DNA of 64,000 nt from Tubulanus polymorphus. Its lineage: Eukaryota; Animalia; Nemertea. The stretch lies in the NCBI RefSeq assembly GCF_964204645.1, contig NC_134026.1, positions 6,905,950 through 6,969,949 on the forward strand. The letters run 5' to 3'. Numbering within the stretch: position 1 is the first letter of the stretch; each line of letters begins with the position of its first letter. Made by a program: the position numbers and the translations under genes. This document shows positions 1-14,499 of this stretch, piece after piece. The notes beneath the pieces are model-generated. The model searched no databases. It had not been told where the DNA came from and saw nothing but the letters and a program-made list of their open reading frames with translations.

Positions 1-41
1 GTAATCGCAAACATATTTACTTCTTTATCAGGCTTTCCAAG

Positions 42-198
42 TTCCAAGTTCTCGATAACTTTCGATAACTTTCAAGTTATTCCAGAGCATCGTTGTTCGG
101 TACTTCGCCAGAAACATTCTTCCAAGTTCTCGATAACTTTCGATAACTTTCAAGTTATTCCAGAGCATCGTTGTTCGGTACTTCGCCAGAAACATTCT
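42..198. repeat. Perfect tandem duplication, 78-bp period
   Basis: ttccaagttctcgataact...gccagaaacattct occurs at 42-120 and again at 120-198. Confidence 0.9.
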
Positions 199-2149
199 CT
201 ATTTGAAAATGAACTACAAAATCCGGACATGAAAGATTTTATCAGCACAAAAACTTTTCAAAAACTGATCGTCTACACACCACATGTGTTCAGTGCCTCA
301 ACCGAGACACTTATGGTTGAAAAATTAACTACAAAAAAATAATACATTTGTCGTCAAACTTTCAAAAACTGATCGTCCGCATTTCAAATGTGTTCAGTAC
401 GTTCAAGACGTTAGAACTTGTAAGATTGCATCATACGTAATTACGAATTTAAAGAACAACATATCAAGTATCGATAAAAGACAGTATTTATAGATTCTGA
501 TAAAACACAGTATCTGCAGATAAAACGCGGTATTTATCGTCACATATAGGCAAAAGATCCTGTTAGAAAACCTTCGAAGAATAAATAACATTTTTCATCA
601 ATTGTGACATTTATATTTCATGTATATATTTGATATACATGTGCATACAGACACATAATGTATTATGAAGTGCTCGGGTTGGACATATGTTATGAACGGT
701 TGAGACCCGGTAATTTGCCTATTCAAAAGCGATTTACAATCAATCTTTATCAATCATTTTAAAGTATTTTATAGCAGCTTTTAGGCGAGGTTTAAGATAA
801 GATCACTATTTATCGCATGAATTCACTAATAGTGAATTTAACGCTGGGAGTCTTTGAATCGGGTGGCGTCGACAAACTGGCTCGGCCTATTCGACAACGA
901 GACATGATAATTTCACTTACAAAGAACCCGTCATTCGACGAAAGATTTCCTACAGATAAAGATTTATTTGAAGTTCCTGCGGATTTCAATATAGACCTAT
1001 AATTATTAGGAGTCGCGGCTTCGAGCTTGCAGACGACGGCTCCCGAACACGGTGACCACCCTGGGCACTTCGCATAAAACTGCCTATCAATTCCCCGTCT
1101 TAGAAAATCCGCCGCTACGACAAAAGACTGATGATTATTGCGCTGAAATTAGCGTCGGGCCTAGGGTTAAGACGTTTAAGACAGGGCTCAGAGTCTGGCG
1201 TGTCAAATTCATTCGATGTCTACTTGAACGCTTATCAAAGCGTTATTGTTGTAGCATTATTATGATTGTTGGGGATAATTGCGACCATACAAGTTTTAAC
1301 TGTTTCCAATCGGTGCAGCGGGCGTTTTATCAAATTCGCTACACGCCCGAAACAGTAGAACGTTGAGGGGCCTAACAATCATTTAAAATTCAACTAGCAA
1401 ATTAACGTTTACAAGCGAAAGAGATAATGGAGGGGTTGGGTAGGGAACGTTGACGACGCCGGCGCCAGGTTTGGCGACAGGGACGCGGAGACCCGCTGCG
1501 CTCGGCGGCCGAACCCCCGTCGCGTCAGTTTGTATTTAGTTAAATAACTAGACCCATCCAGTAAACGTCGGGCTTTGAAAATTTGTTTTAAAGCAATTTT
1601 CCGCTGAATTGAAAGAAGTTATACTACAAATACGTAGGAAACGCAGGGGTTGATAGTAAAGAATGAGTCTATTGATGTAAAACAGCGGGGACACTTTGAT
1701 CGTAGACAAGATTCCTAAAAGTGGGCAATCAAGAAAACGGTGGCTTCGAGCGGGAGAGATTGAGAGATTGAACCGTTAAGAAGTGTTAATTATGTCGAGG
1801 GTGTTTGTAATGTTGAAACCACTTGACTCACGCATTAATGGGACGACCTACTGGTTCCATAATACATAACCAACCGTACTTCAATCACTTTCTCGATTCA
1901 TGTCTGCTGAATATACGAATGAATGAATGCAATTCAAACAGGATTTTTTTTAATGTTCCTTTAAATGATCTTGATGAACTGAATAGTTGTAAAGAAGCCG
2001 TTTTTGAGCGAATGAATGAATCTTTTTCTCAAATATGTTAACAGTGAATATAGAAAATGTTTGATCAATTGAAAATGCATTTATTCGAGGGGACACCCCT
2101 GAGCCCTCAGAGCCGTAGCCTCTCAAATACGTTTAAGTTGGTCCCACTT

Positions 2150-2356
2150 GGTGGTGATGGTAGTGGTGGTGGTGCTGCCCCTGCTGTTGCTGGCGCTGGA
2201 CTGCTGATGCTGCTGCTAATGCTGGTGGTGGTGGGGGCGGTTGTTTTGGTGGTGCTGCTACTGCTGCTACTGCCGCTGCTGCTGGTGGTGGTGGCAGTGC
2301 TGCTGCTGCTACTGCTGCCACTGCTACTGCTGCTGCTGCTGCTGCAGTGCTGGTGC
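2150..2356. repeat. Degenerate (CTG/GTG)n trinucleotide low-complexity tract
   Basis: Mixed ctg/gtg/cta triplets; they produce the spurious poly-L, poly-S and poly-A/P/Q ORFs. Confidence 0.8.
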
Positions 2357-2877
2357 AATAATGTCTTTGGTATTTTGCTGGTTTTTACACAAGCGATAAA
2401 GAAACCTCGCAGTCTGCTCAGTCACACGAGAGCTCGAGACGCCTTTAAGTTAATTGCAAAAATGGTCGTCGAAGAGAAGTCTATCGTTGAGTCGTTGATA
2501 GAAGATGTGACAGACAGGGATAGGGTAAGGGTTTAAAGCGCTAACGGGTAGAATAGACGAACCAGCGGGTTATAGGGACTTATCATTATCGATTACTATA
2601 ATGACAGTCGAGACACCATTAACGGCGACCGTTTTTCATAATTCAATATTTTAAACAGCCGTGTTTTATGATACGGGTTAACGTCGATGAATGGAAGTGA
2701 CGTTAACGCTGCCGCGGGATACGCCGTATAACGCTTACGTAAAAACGCGTAGTAACCAGGACGCATTACGTAAAACGTTTCTTTTACAGCGTCGTAAAAA
2801 GTGTTGTCGCGAATTTATGGTTCTTTTACGCCGTGATATTTGTCTTCGTTACGAATGAAGTTGCGGAATAACAGACA

Positions 2878-3050
2878 ATATAGAATTAAATTACATCAAA
2901 TCTGAAATATTTCTAAAAATTTTGCAATAACTATAGAATTAAATCATACTAAATCTTAATTATTTTCAGAAAATATTTTTGAAATGAATATAGAATTAAA
3001 TCATATCAAATCTTGATTATTTCTAAAATATATTTTTGAAATATCAAAAT
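2878..3050. repeat. AT-rich imperfect tandem repeat, ~55-bp unit, 3 copies
   Basis: tatagaattaaat(c/t)a.a..aaatct.... recurs near 2879, 2932 and 2989. Confidence 0.7.
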
Positions 3051-6000
3051 TTCTATAGCCAAAACTCGCGGTTGAGTCGCCACATCTTTTTTTAATTGTT
3101 CCAATCTGTATTTCCAATTCAATTCAATAAGTGTAAGTCATCATCCGTATAAGTCGTCAACATGATGATCGTTAGAACTGTAGAGATAGTAAAGCAAGTT
3201 TCACCACTAGAAACCGGGCCCAAGTCACGTTCACCCCGACCTTCCTTTGAGTCACAGATCGAGTTTCAATGTATTAACCGTTATTTTCTACTCAGTAACG
3301 TAATATCAATACATGTTTTCGGGTCGTTGTCAATCATGACTCTGCGTTTGTTTATCCCGACGGCGCCGAGAATCATCGATATCGATCTTTATTTTTGATA
3401 TATTAAACTCGAAATATCGGATTACACAAATTGAGGTTTCAACAATGAATAAAATTTCCACGTTAGATACGTATTCTAAATGTGTTTGACGAGATGTTTC
3501 GAGAAGCTGCGACAAGCGTCACCCGAAAACAATAATCATTTAAGAAAATCAGTCACATGAATTTCAGAATTTTACGTATATTGAAATTAGTATTAACGGT
3601 ATCGAATTGTTTTAGTTTCAAAAATAAAGACCTGCGTAGAATCATTTCGGCCGTTTTAGCTGAACTAACAACTTACGACCAGTCTTATGATTTGAGACCG
3701 CTTTTGAACTTATACCACGACCGTACAAGTACATAATCTTTATACGGATTGCCTGTTTTTGTGTGCCGTTTATTCAACAATCACGGGATTCGAACCTGCT
3801 CCCGCAAATATTACATAGTCAGCTCGTCCGCCATCTTGTAAACGGCGGAAAGTGACGATCGTGTTTATCGAGTCGAGTCGTGATTTACTGAGAAATCACT
3901 GCCTCACCGTCATCATCATCATCATCTCATCTTAATCACTGGCAATTAGTCTCCACATTTCTCGCCATCTCGGAGCGGCAATCCCGACGGTATCCGTCAC
4001 CGACACACTAGATTACCCCCGTGTTATTCATACAACCACTCAATGGCTGCGTAATTTCCTCATTTACGTCAACTTACACACTATTTGATTATTTAACTGA
4101 AATAATGGATACGTTATATCTCCGAGTAACGCGAGATTATCGTCCAGGGGATTAATCCGGGTGTAAAATACTCCTGGAGTATACGATGTGTTTGTTAAAA
4201 TCGTGACAGTTAATATATTACTGTCGATGAGTTTTAATGATAAAATGTCACTTTTAATTCACTGTTTCGATTTAGCGCCATTTTGTCAAAGGTGATTCTG
4301 CATTTTCCGTTCTTAACAGCAATTTTATCCATTACAAACACAACCATTGGGATTGGAAAACTCGACGAAGTACGCAGGAAAAAACCAAACTATTTCACTG
4401 TAAGAACTGAGAAAAGAACCACAGAAAGTAACTATCGTCTGGTTCCATTGGTGAAGTTCTAAAGTGACTATGATTGTCTTCGCCTGGTTTTAAGTTGTCA
4501 AATTGTTTATAACCAAAATGAGCTTAAACTGGTTATAATTAGATTGGTTATAGAACAAAAAGAGCTTAGATTGGTTTTACGTTGGTAGAATTATTATTTA
4601 AGCCATAACTTGGGTCGTTTCAATGAAAAAGTTTAAGCCTGAAACGGATTGTTGTAACATGAAGTAGTAAACCAATGGCAATTACACCAAAAATTTGAGT
4701 TCTACTTTTTGTGGTATCCGTATCCGTTTCGCTGATAAATCTATTCAATTTTTCATTCAGTTTTTCTTGAATCATTTAAGAATCTAATCCTTTTTATGAA
4801 CCTAAATCCTGTTGGTGGGTATTCATTGTTTCTCGAATCTTCGTGAAGGTTGATGAAAAACAACAACATTGAATGATGTCGCGTGCCATCTCCGCGTAAA
4901 CCAATTCTGTTATTCGGTTTTTAAGATCTCAAAACGTGACCAGTCAAATCAAATACGCATTATCGATCACGTGACCAGCGCGTATCGGCCGTTCATTGGT
5001 TATTAATGTAATTGTGATTAACGGTTATCGCCCGAGAACGAGGCTTCCACAACGTCGCCGGAAGCCACATAAAAACATTTTATTCCCGACAATAAAATGT
5101 TTGGGAAGCTATTTACTGGCACATGCGTTACCGACAAAATAATCTTAAGCTATAAGAACGTCGATGGAGCTGTTTGGCGATTTCTTTGTCCAGATGCTAA
5201 AAGTCATCGTTGGGTTCGAGTCCCGGGAGAGGAGAGGGTATATCCATTGTGTAAGGAATAAGACAGGCAGATGGGTCAATGATGTAGGCATAACACCGCT
5301 GCGCCAGGGCGACTAGTCCTGAACGTTTATACGGCTTCGAACTTCGTAATTACACCAGTGTCTTTAAGTGTGTCGTTAATTGCTGCACCGATTGCTGCCC
5401 GGCTGCTGTGGCGCTTTGTCAAATCATTCTCCGCGAAAATTGTTTTTGAAAATAGAAAATAAAATATGCATCGTTGTGAAAATAATTTTGAAAATCTAAC
5501 CGAGAACTGTGTGGACTGCGAATGAAAAATATTTTCACCACTTCACACCTGAATTGAAGATGTTAATATGTCTGATGTCATAGCAACAGCGCGGTCTGCC
5601 ATCGGCTACCGTCACCAGATTCTGCATCGAAATCGAATTAAGGATAAAATTCAAAAATGTGTCTAAATTAACTTTGAAAAATTAATTGCTAAATACCTGG
5701 GAAAGCTTTTTCAAATAAAGAACTGCGTTTTATTATTGTTTATGAAATATCGCACTCTGAGAAGTAGCAAGAGTCGAATAGAATTATTGTTGTTCGACCT
5801 CACGTAAGTCGTATTAACGATTAACACTGTAATTAAATGCGAATTTACAATTTACACTTAAGGCTTCTGACATATCTTAGACAGTTAGCGATAGTTAACG
5901 CTATTCCGACTAAAGTTAATCAACATCAATAACAAGATTTCAATGAAATAAGCAGATTTTGAAATACAAAAACATATTATCTTTATACGAGATATTTTTT

Positions 6001-7555
6001 CATATACAAACCGTATACATGTATAACGACGGCTGGAGATTTTTTACGATGGAAAATGAACACGACTTTAGAACCAGGGATAATTACGATGAAATGTGCA
6101 TTGAAAAACCTGCACCATCACCATGATTCCCAAAATTACTTTACTCTAATGGCAGGCACAACAGACTATGAAGTTTTCTTTCGGTTCGATATGAATTCTA
6201 TATAGTTACTAATGACGACCTTGTCATTCTCGTTAACTTCAACGAATCAGTAAACTTATCAGTTACTAATGAGGACCTTCTCATTCTCTCGTGACTTCAA
6301 CAGTATCATTCAATTATATCATAGACTCTAGACTCGTTTTAGAGTCTATGGTTATATTAAACCATCTTCAATTCTTTGTTCTTAAACATTTGTTGTAAGA
6401 CTTTGATTTGGATTTCCGCTATAAGTGCTATATTTGTCCTGACGTGGTCGCGTTACGAACTGCCGAATGAGCAAAAGAAAATATGGACGGAAATCAGGAG
6501 AGATCGAAACTTTACGTAGTCGTATATATGCATAATAGCTTATGATGTTTGGTGCTTGAAATACAAGCAATTCGATACAGCCCCCTCTAGGCGGTATTTG
6601 TTACAGCTGTGAGAGGAAGTAATGATTTTTGCTCGTAGCTATTTGAATCTAAACTGAACGTAAACGGTTTCCATTATTGGAACCCTTCGGGCGCTCTTTG
6701 ATTTCAATATTCAAAATTAATCCAGGTATCATCAGTTTAAGTATATATGCTATAAACAGACGTAACGGTTATAGTTCATTTGCGTCATAATGGCCGTCAA
6801 CTCTTGTGACCTCAGGCTTGCGTGACGTCCACGATGACGCACATTACCGTTCGAACTTCGTAATATCACTTCCTTATATAGGATACCGGTAGATGCAATT
6901 CTCTAAGGGAGATTATTTTATTCAAATCCGTGTGAGTCAGTCATTGGAAAAATGAGAAAATTGCGAATGATATATAGTTTTTGAATATGGAGCCCCCATT
7001 TAAAATCAGAGTAGGTATTGTACTTCGATATAAACGCGTAAACGATGAAATCCTATAAATTCGAGCGAACATCCAACTATAGGGATATCTGTACTTCGAT
7101 TTCTGATTTCAAAATCAAACCCCCGTTTCGTTCCTGGCAGGTGCGACTGGTGGGTTTGTTAGGGGCACGTCAAATAAACATTAATTCAAATTAAATCAAG
7201 CAAATAAGAGTGTAACAATCGTTCCTCCTATCTCAAGATAAAAAATGACTGTTCTAACTTCTGTCAATGTGTATCGCCATCGATAAGAAATAAAATCCTT
7301 TCAGATCTAATTACCCCCCCCCCCCCCCCCGGTTTCTCTGGGTGTAGTTGATGCATGGGACTGTTGTTAATGTCTGTTCTCTATCACTGCTTTAATGTAT
7401 GTTTTGTTCCCGCGATCCTCCAGAGTGAAAGACACACACGTATTTATGCGTTATAAATGTTGATATAAAGAGATCACCTACAACCTCAATTAATCATCTC
7501 TCAGCAGTGTACTTATCAAATCAACTCTTTCCAATCAGTGAGAGGGTGAGAGGAT

Positions 7556-7780
7556 GGGAGAGATAAAGGGAGAGAGAGAGGGGGAGAGGAGGAGAGGGGG
7601 AGAGGGGATAGAAGGAGAGGGGGAGAGGGGAGAGGAGGAGAGGGGAGGGGGAGGGAGAGGGAGAGGGAGAGGGAGAGGGAGAGGGAGAGGGAGAGGGAGA
7701 GGGAGAGGGAGAGGGAGAGGGAGAGGGAGAGGGAGAGGGAGAGGGAGAGGGAGAGGGAGAGGGAGAGGGAGAGGGAGAGA
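7556..7780. repeat. (GGGAGA)n microsatellite with a degenerate purine-rich 5' part
   Basis: Pure gggaga array from about 7654 to 7778; source of the GR/SP repeat ORFs. Confidence 0.95.
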
Positions 7781-8127
7781 GAGATGTTAGTGCGTCATAC
7801 AATTTACACCTTTGCGGGGATAAATTAGCGCGACATGAGGTCAGACCTTGAAATTAAACCCTGTTTCATAACTATGTGATAATTGATATATTTCCTGTAA
7901 ACAAAGTTACATAAAAGCATGTTTAAATTCTTAATGATAAGGATATTTTAACGAGATAATTAACAAATTTCTAATATTTGAGATGTTAGTGCGTCATACA
8001 ATTTACACCTTTGCGGGGATAAATTAGCGCGACGATGGTCAGACTTTGAAATGAAACCATGTTTCATAACTATATGATAATTGATATTTCCTTAAACAAA
8101 TTCACATAAAAGCATGTATCAAATTCT
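7781..8127. repeat. Direct duplication of ~150 bp (period 199) between two hexamer microsatellites
   Basis: gagatgttagtgcgtcatacaatttacacctttgcggggataaattagcgcgac...aaattc starts at 7781 and at 7980. Confidence 0.9.
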
Positions 8128-8197
8128 GGGGAGGGGATGGGGATGGGAAGGGGGTTGGGATGGGGAGGGGAGGGGATGGGGAGGGTAGGCAGAGACC

Positions 8198-8432
8198 GAG
8201 GCAGAGGCAGAGGCAGAGGCAGAAGCAGAGGCAGAGGCAGAGGCAGAGGCAGAGGCAGAGGCAGAGGCAGAGGCAGAGGCAGAGGCAGAGGCAGCGGCAG
8301 AGGCAGAGGCAGAGGCAGAGGCAGAGGCAGAGGCAGAGGCAGAGGCAGAGGCAGAGGCAGAGGCAGAGGCAGAGGCAGAGGCAGAGGCAGAGGCAGAGGC
8401 AGAGGCAGAGGCAGAGGCAGAGGCAGCGGCAG
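8198..8432. repeat. (GGCAGA)n microsatellite
   Basis: Near-pure gaggca array; source of the GR/RQ repeat ORFs. Confidence 0.95.
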
Positions 8433-10671
8433 ATTTCTACTAAGTCAATGCCAGATCTCTACCTCTCATTTAGCGCTCGTGGTCGCTTGTATTTTTATGA
8501 CTCTATTTACCGAGGGCTCGGGGACCAGTAAAACTCATAAATCGATTCTCTCAAGAAGCCAGGCGTCGATGCCCTCTGCTGCTATAAACGTATTATCATT
8601 TATGGCAGTCATTAATACAAACAATGTTATTCGACAGTTACTTCGCCATCAAAAGTCTGTTATTAACTCATTGTAAAAACAGCAGACTCTCAGAGATGCG
8701 TTAATCACAGTACCACATGCGCGCGCCTAATCGAACTCAGTCTCACGGGAGCTCATTCGAGCATATTGCCACTTTGCCCAGCCGGTCTCATCGGTATAAC
8801 CTCTTCCCGTTGTTAATTTGTGTGTGTGTGTTTATTAAACACATGATAAGAGGGGAAGAGAAAGGAAGAGAGAGAAGAGATATAAAAGACGGACAGAGAA
8901 CAGAGAACAGAGAAGAGAGACAAACGCCATTTCGCAGAAAACAACGTTATTATAAGTGATTTGCAGCTTTTTGCTTTATGCTTTTTGCAGGTTTAGAAAT
9001 ATCAATTTCAATTCATTCGTTAAATCGTTACAAGATCTGAGTGAAGGAGAAAACAAAGAATGCAATAGAATAAAAATGATACAAAGTGCCATTAATGAAA
9101 AAGTGACAAGCGTACGTGAAAGTGATATAAAAATGTTAGATATGTACATATACAAATATCATGTGCACACGAAATATTTATATATCTAGTTATTAGATAA
9201 TTTAGTGGTTTATAATTAAGTTGCAATTGGGGCCTACAAAAAACTAGCAGTTTGGGGGACCTACACGTTTTGGATTGGGGAGGGGGTACCATGCTTTGTC
9301 GGAGCAGATTGATAGAGTCATCGTTTAGGATTTCGAGGATATGGAATCGTATAGTTTTGGATTTAGGGTGGAGGTGCTTTCACATGCACTACCAGCAAGT
9401 CGTTAGATGTGAGAACCTACGCCTCTTTGATCCCAACCTCTCTCTATTAAATGCATGACAAAATAAACGATGACCAATTTTCGGTTTTCTTCTACTTCAC
9501 TTATAATCGGAGAGCAATTAATTTACCAGTCGGTAATAGCGGGTAATAGCGTGACTGTTCAACTGATTAAACCGGTAAAATACTCGCTGCTGGCTGCCGA
9601 GTACGGCGCACGCGTCTGCCGATTGTTACACATCACGTCACAGATGGTGCTGACACGTGGCGGCGTGTGACTGAACTACCACTGACGTCTGCCGTCGAAC
9701 GCCTTAATCATTAAATCCTTTAGTTTAAGAAGCTGAATCGATGTGATCGAGAACAATAAACGCTTTAAAGCGATCGCCTCCAGTGGAAACGCATCTACAG
9801 ATTTGATTTCTTGATCCACGATCAAAACCCGAAGGTCGAAATGTCGGGGAGCCAGTTTCACAATTTGCCGACTAAAAGTTTGACAATTGTTTCATTTACG
9901 AAGTTTTAAAGTCAAATTTTGAATAGCTCAGGTTCTTCCTTAATCCTCAACCTAACTTGTGATATAGTTATCCTCGCAATACAGGGACCAGTTGGTCAAC
10001 AAACTGGCCCTGCATTTACAAACTGCACTCATTATTATCAGGACTCTGTCATTTTGAGCAACGGACCTTTGACTCTGGGATATAAACGTACCGTAATTGG
10101 AGCTAAATTTAGCTTCAAGCGGCTTCTATAATTAGCTATAATTAATAACGATAATCAACGAATCAATAAACTTGAAAACTTTATTGATCGAAATTCAAAA
10201 TTGATTCAAAATAACTGACGGATAGATAATTATACTCGGTTTCAAAAACAATTTACTCGAAACACACCTCTTATAAATCTGAACACATAACAGTTATCAG
10301 TAATTATATTCTGAGAGTAATTATAATCTGAGAGTAATTATAGTTTTAAACAGTAATAGGAGATGTTGAACGGAGATTAGACTAATTATACCTGCAGTAT
10401 GAAATCACTACGCGTGGACTCAACCCGAGATACCGCTGAGTTATGATGTCATTACCGGGCACCCCGTCCCCTTCCCTCATCCATCCTTGGTATCACGGAT
10501 TTCGAGTTAGATTTCACTCGGGAGTCAATCGGGGCAATTTTTCAAGTATAAAATTTGATTCTTGAATAGGCTAGCTGAAAGTAGTTGTTGGCGCTAAGCA
10601 GATTGGTGGTTTAGGCTTAAGTGTAACTTAATGAATAGACGATATGACCAGCCTTGTTTATGAAATACCTT

Positions 10672-10832
10672 GACCCAGGTCCACAGTTCTTTACCCAGTT
10701 CTACGTTCTGTACCGAGTTCTCCCGGTCAGGACCCAGTTCCACGGTTCTGTATTCAGTTCTACAGTTCTGTATCTGGTCTCACAGGTCTGTTAGGACCCA
10801 GTTCCACAGTTCTGTATCAAGTTCCGCAGTTC
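10672..10832. repeat. Degenerate tandem array of the CCAGTTCCACAGTT motif
   Basis: Repeated (c)cagttc(c/t)ac(a/g)gttctgta units. Confidence 0.7.
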
Positions 10833-11652
10833 TCAATGTACTTTCAAATTCGTTTAAAACACTACAGTCAACATTATCTGGATCCTAACGCATCAATTAA
10901 CAAAAAATAGATAAACTATGGGTAGACAAACTGATTGTCCTTTGTTCCATAGTGGGGCCCGGACCTCATACTTCCTCAGTGGTCATCCCCGTATTTAACT
11001 ATTCATTTCAAAAAGTTAATTTCGGTGGCATTTATCTTGGGATTTCAATTCAAAAGCTCTAACAATAGTCATTTTTCCAGGTCAGTTAAGTGGCTTCACA
11101 AATTATCGCGATCGTCACAAAATCAAATTCAAAAGGTGAAAATTGCTGACATCTGCCCGAAACGTCGATATTCAAAATCGATGCTAATTGCCGCCCGGAA
11201 CAATGCGAAACCTTTAAAATAAAATCCGTAAAAGCGATAATTACTAAGATGTTATCAGCGATCACGTGACAGCAGATGGTGTATGTACGCATATCCGGGG
11301 ATCACGTGGTCAGCGCATTATCGGTGTAAATGAATCCCGGATTAAGCTTGTTAATTAATCCGGTGTTGGTTAATCCGTGCCGATTTTATGATTAAACTGT
11401 ATAAAGTTGAACGGTTTTAAGAGGTTTACGTCCAGACTAATGATTTCAATCTGATTCGGACGATCGAAGTGTCAATAATATCATTGTAGACCATATCATC
11501 TATCATAGGACCACAAGAGGTTCATATAGAGACCCGAGGCTTTCTGGGACAATTGAAAACTTCATTTAACTCCAATAAGTATAAATAGTATCTAAAATCC
11601 CTGCTGCGCACTATTATGAAGAATAGAACGCGTTAGAAGCTTTCTTGAGCTA

Positions 11653-11710
11653 GTGTAGTTTATTCGACGTTTCGACTTTATCCTAACCGCCATCTTCAGG
11701 AATGCTACAC
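11653..11710 (-). ncRNA. Minimal type I hammerhead ribozyme motif in a dispersed repeat
   Basis: Minus strand reads gtgtagcattc-CTGAAGA-tggcggttaggataaagtc-GAAAC-GTC-gaataaactacac. Catalytic boxes are intact, helix I pairs attc/gaat and gtgtag/ctacac, and helix II is weak. Confidence 0.65.
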
Positions 11711-14499
11711 TTTGGAAACAATTGATGAAACACTTTGAGTCCGTTTTATAAAGAATCCCTGCTAAGGATGAAATCTAAGAGAAGGGTGACGTTTCGACTC
11801 ATCTCTATTAGTCATTTGAAAAACTAAGAGAGCGGTGACGTTTCGACTCTATTGTGTCACTCTTAGTTTTTTTTCTCATAAAGTGGGATTTTTTCAATTG
11901 AATTACAGACTTGTCTTCTTTAAGGAAACCAATTTTCGATCAATTTGAATCTTGCAGGCGAGTGTGTGGCTCGCTAATTGCTATACGTGTAGCTTGTTTT
12001 GAATGTACCCTTGTCGCTAACAAGCATCCGACGCCTGTAGTCTAACACTGACCCCCTAGCTACCGCTCAAACGATCAGCATACAGTCCGCGTACGTGTTT
12101 TTATTGGCAGCTATTTTGCATTGATAATTGGGCGTTAAGTCGACAGAAAGTGTTCAAATAAATACGCACAAAAAAGCGTCAATTATTGGCCCACAACCGA
12201 CGCGGCTGCTGCCGCTAGCTGTAGTAGTACAGAAATCATGGATCTATCACTAATGAGAATAAGGCATCGCTGTCAGGGGTAGAGTGTCTTTGTACCGTCT
12301 TGCTGATTAGTAACGTTTAGTTTAAGAAATCGTTATGATTTCTGAGGAGATTTTATTGATGACATGACATTGATCTGAGCTGACTAATTTGAGCAGGGAC
12401 TACGACTGATACTGTATGTGATGACCAATGTACATAGATATGGTTTGGGCACGGACGTGTAAAGTAAATGGTACATATAATCTAGTTTATACGTGACCCA
12501 TGGTTCGAATTCATACAAACAGATATTTGTTTTCCATAGACAAATGAAAGTCCTCAATTCAATTGAAGAAGAATCTTACAATAATGAATAAAAACTAAGA
12601 TTGTAGTGACGTTTTGACATAATTCATAAAATGACCACAAGCAATTTTGGACGCAGGCTGAACCATTGGTTTTGTATAAGTTCTGGCCCAATTTGAAGGG
12701 CAATCAAATGGTCTGCTTTTTCTCAAGTTGGATCAGCGAAAAGTGACCAGACTTAGATTATCTTACTTCTAGCCATTCTGCTTAACAATTTAAGATTAGT
12801 CGTACGATTTAAGATTGACGTTCAGTCATGACCGGTGGAACTGTCGATAAAATCGAAACCGGTCTTTAGTCTTTCATTTCGTCACTGGTCTTAATCATAA
12901 GCCATGGCTGCGTAACTGACCCCTGAAGTCAGTGATTCTGTACACCTGAACTCGTGCTTCGATCGATTTGAGGTTTTCATTTTTCCCAACCAGTTACGAG
13001 GTAACGTAATTATATTGCCGGAATGCTAATTTTTATTCGACCACATTTTTCCCACGATTCCTCGGCGAAAGAAAATAACGACAACGACACCGTTGTAATT
13101 AGCGGAGCGAAACCACCGTTCGCCGGTTCGTTCACGGCGACGTACATTCGACACACTGAAATTCAGTTTTAATTATCAACGAACATCAAAAGCTAACAGA
13201 GTCAGAAACACCTGTACTTTATACCGAAGCGAGCGAAAACCTTTCTAATAATCGGCTGTGTTTGTAGTCTGGTATAACGGTAATTGTTCCAGCCTCCCTG
13301 CTGCAGATGGGACACGTTGTGATGATTGCTTGTCGTTAATGACGAGAGACGTTTCGGTAAAGGTGACGTTGTACACTTTGTTTGATGCTTCAACCACGGG
13401 TTTACATGTCGCCAATTTATAACAAACACCTGGGTCAACTATTCCCATAATGAGAGACGAGTTCAAATATCGCCAGCTTTCAAAATCGGTGCCCAGTTTT
13501 TTCTTTATGAGACATCATTATCACAGGTTACAGAGTTCCGCAGTTGTGAGTTTATTAGATGAGTAGGGGGCCTATGGACTAATTCAGCAATACAAATATT
13601 TCACTGAGAACCAGGCCTACAGTTTTACAGTTTAGAGATAAGATTTCCCTTTAGATTGATGTTGCGCCCGCACCGCTACTGTGGCAATCGAGGATTCCAC
13701 GGTGGACAGGCGAGAATCCACCAGGTCAACTATTTTCTACTAGTAAATAGTTGGTCGTCCGCGTTCGATTTCTTATACGTTTCAATTAAAACTGAGTTTC
13801 TCAAAAGAATCAATTATCAATGAAGACTATACCGATATCTGAGTATAAAAATGAATTCATTGTGTAATTGGAAGGTGCTGCGTTAATCTTTGAATCCAAG
13901 AGTCTAAAAATTAAGTTCAAAGTGCATGTAAATTAAACTAATTTTGGCAACGTAAGGTACGAATATTTATCACGCTCCGACCATTTCCATGATATATGGA
14001 TGAAAAAGCAGTGTTTACACTTAATTACATGAACGGCGACAAAAGCATTTTATTAAACTGAAAGACCTACTGCTCGTCACGCCATCTGGCTGGTGTTGCG
14101 GGTTCCCCATGGAAAATAAACTAGTCGATATTTGATTTGATTCTATTTTAACTCTATAAGTGTCAAATGTTTATTTAACGGAGGACTGTAGAACTGGACT
14201 TTGAACCCAGCTCCAAAGTTGTGAGTTTACATTCGATTCTGGGAGTTGAATCCAGGATACCAAGAACTGTGGAACTGGATCTATAAAACAAGAACCACGC
14301 AATACTTACTACAAAGAAGCTAGATCTACAGTCGTCTCTACTCGCCTCGGAAAAACTTCATTCGCCATCTATCGCGAATCGATGTAATAACTCTGTTGAC
14401 GCGCACAATTAATGTAAAACTAGAGTATATTACCCGTGGAAAGCACGGATGATTTCCTTTGGCCTAGAACTTCGAACTGTTCAATTTATTCGCAATGAA

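Noticed and set aside
2057-2536. Overlapping poly-Leu, poly-Ser and poly-Ala/Pro/Gln/His ORFs resembling a transcription-factor exon
   Set aside because: All frames are open only because of the trinucleotide tract; there is no domain and no convincing splice sites.
7521-8676. GR-, RQ- and SP-repeat ORFs
   Set aside because: Translations of hexamer microsatellites.
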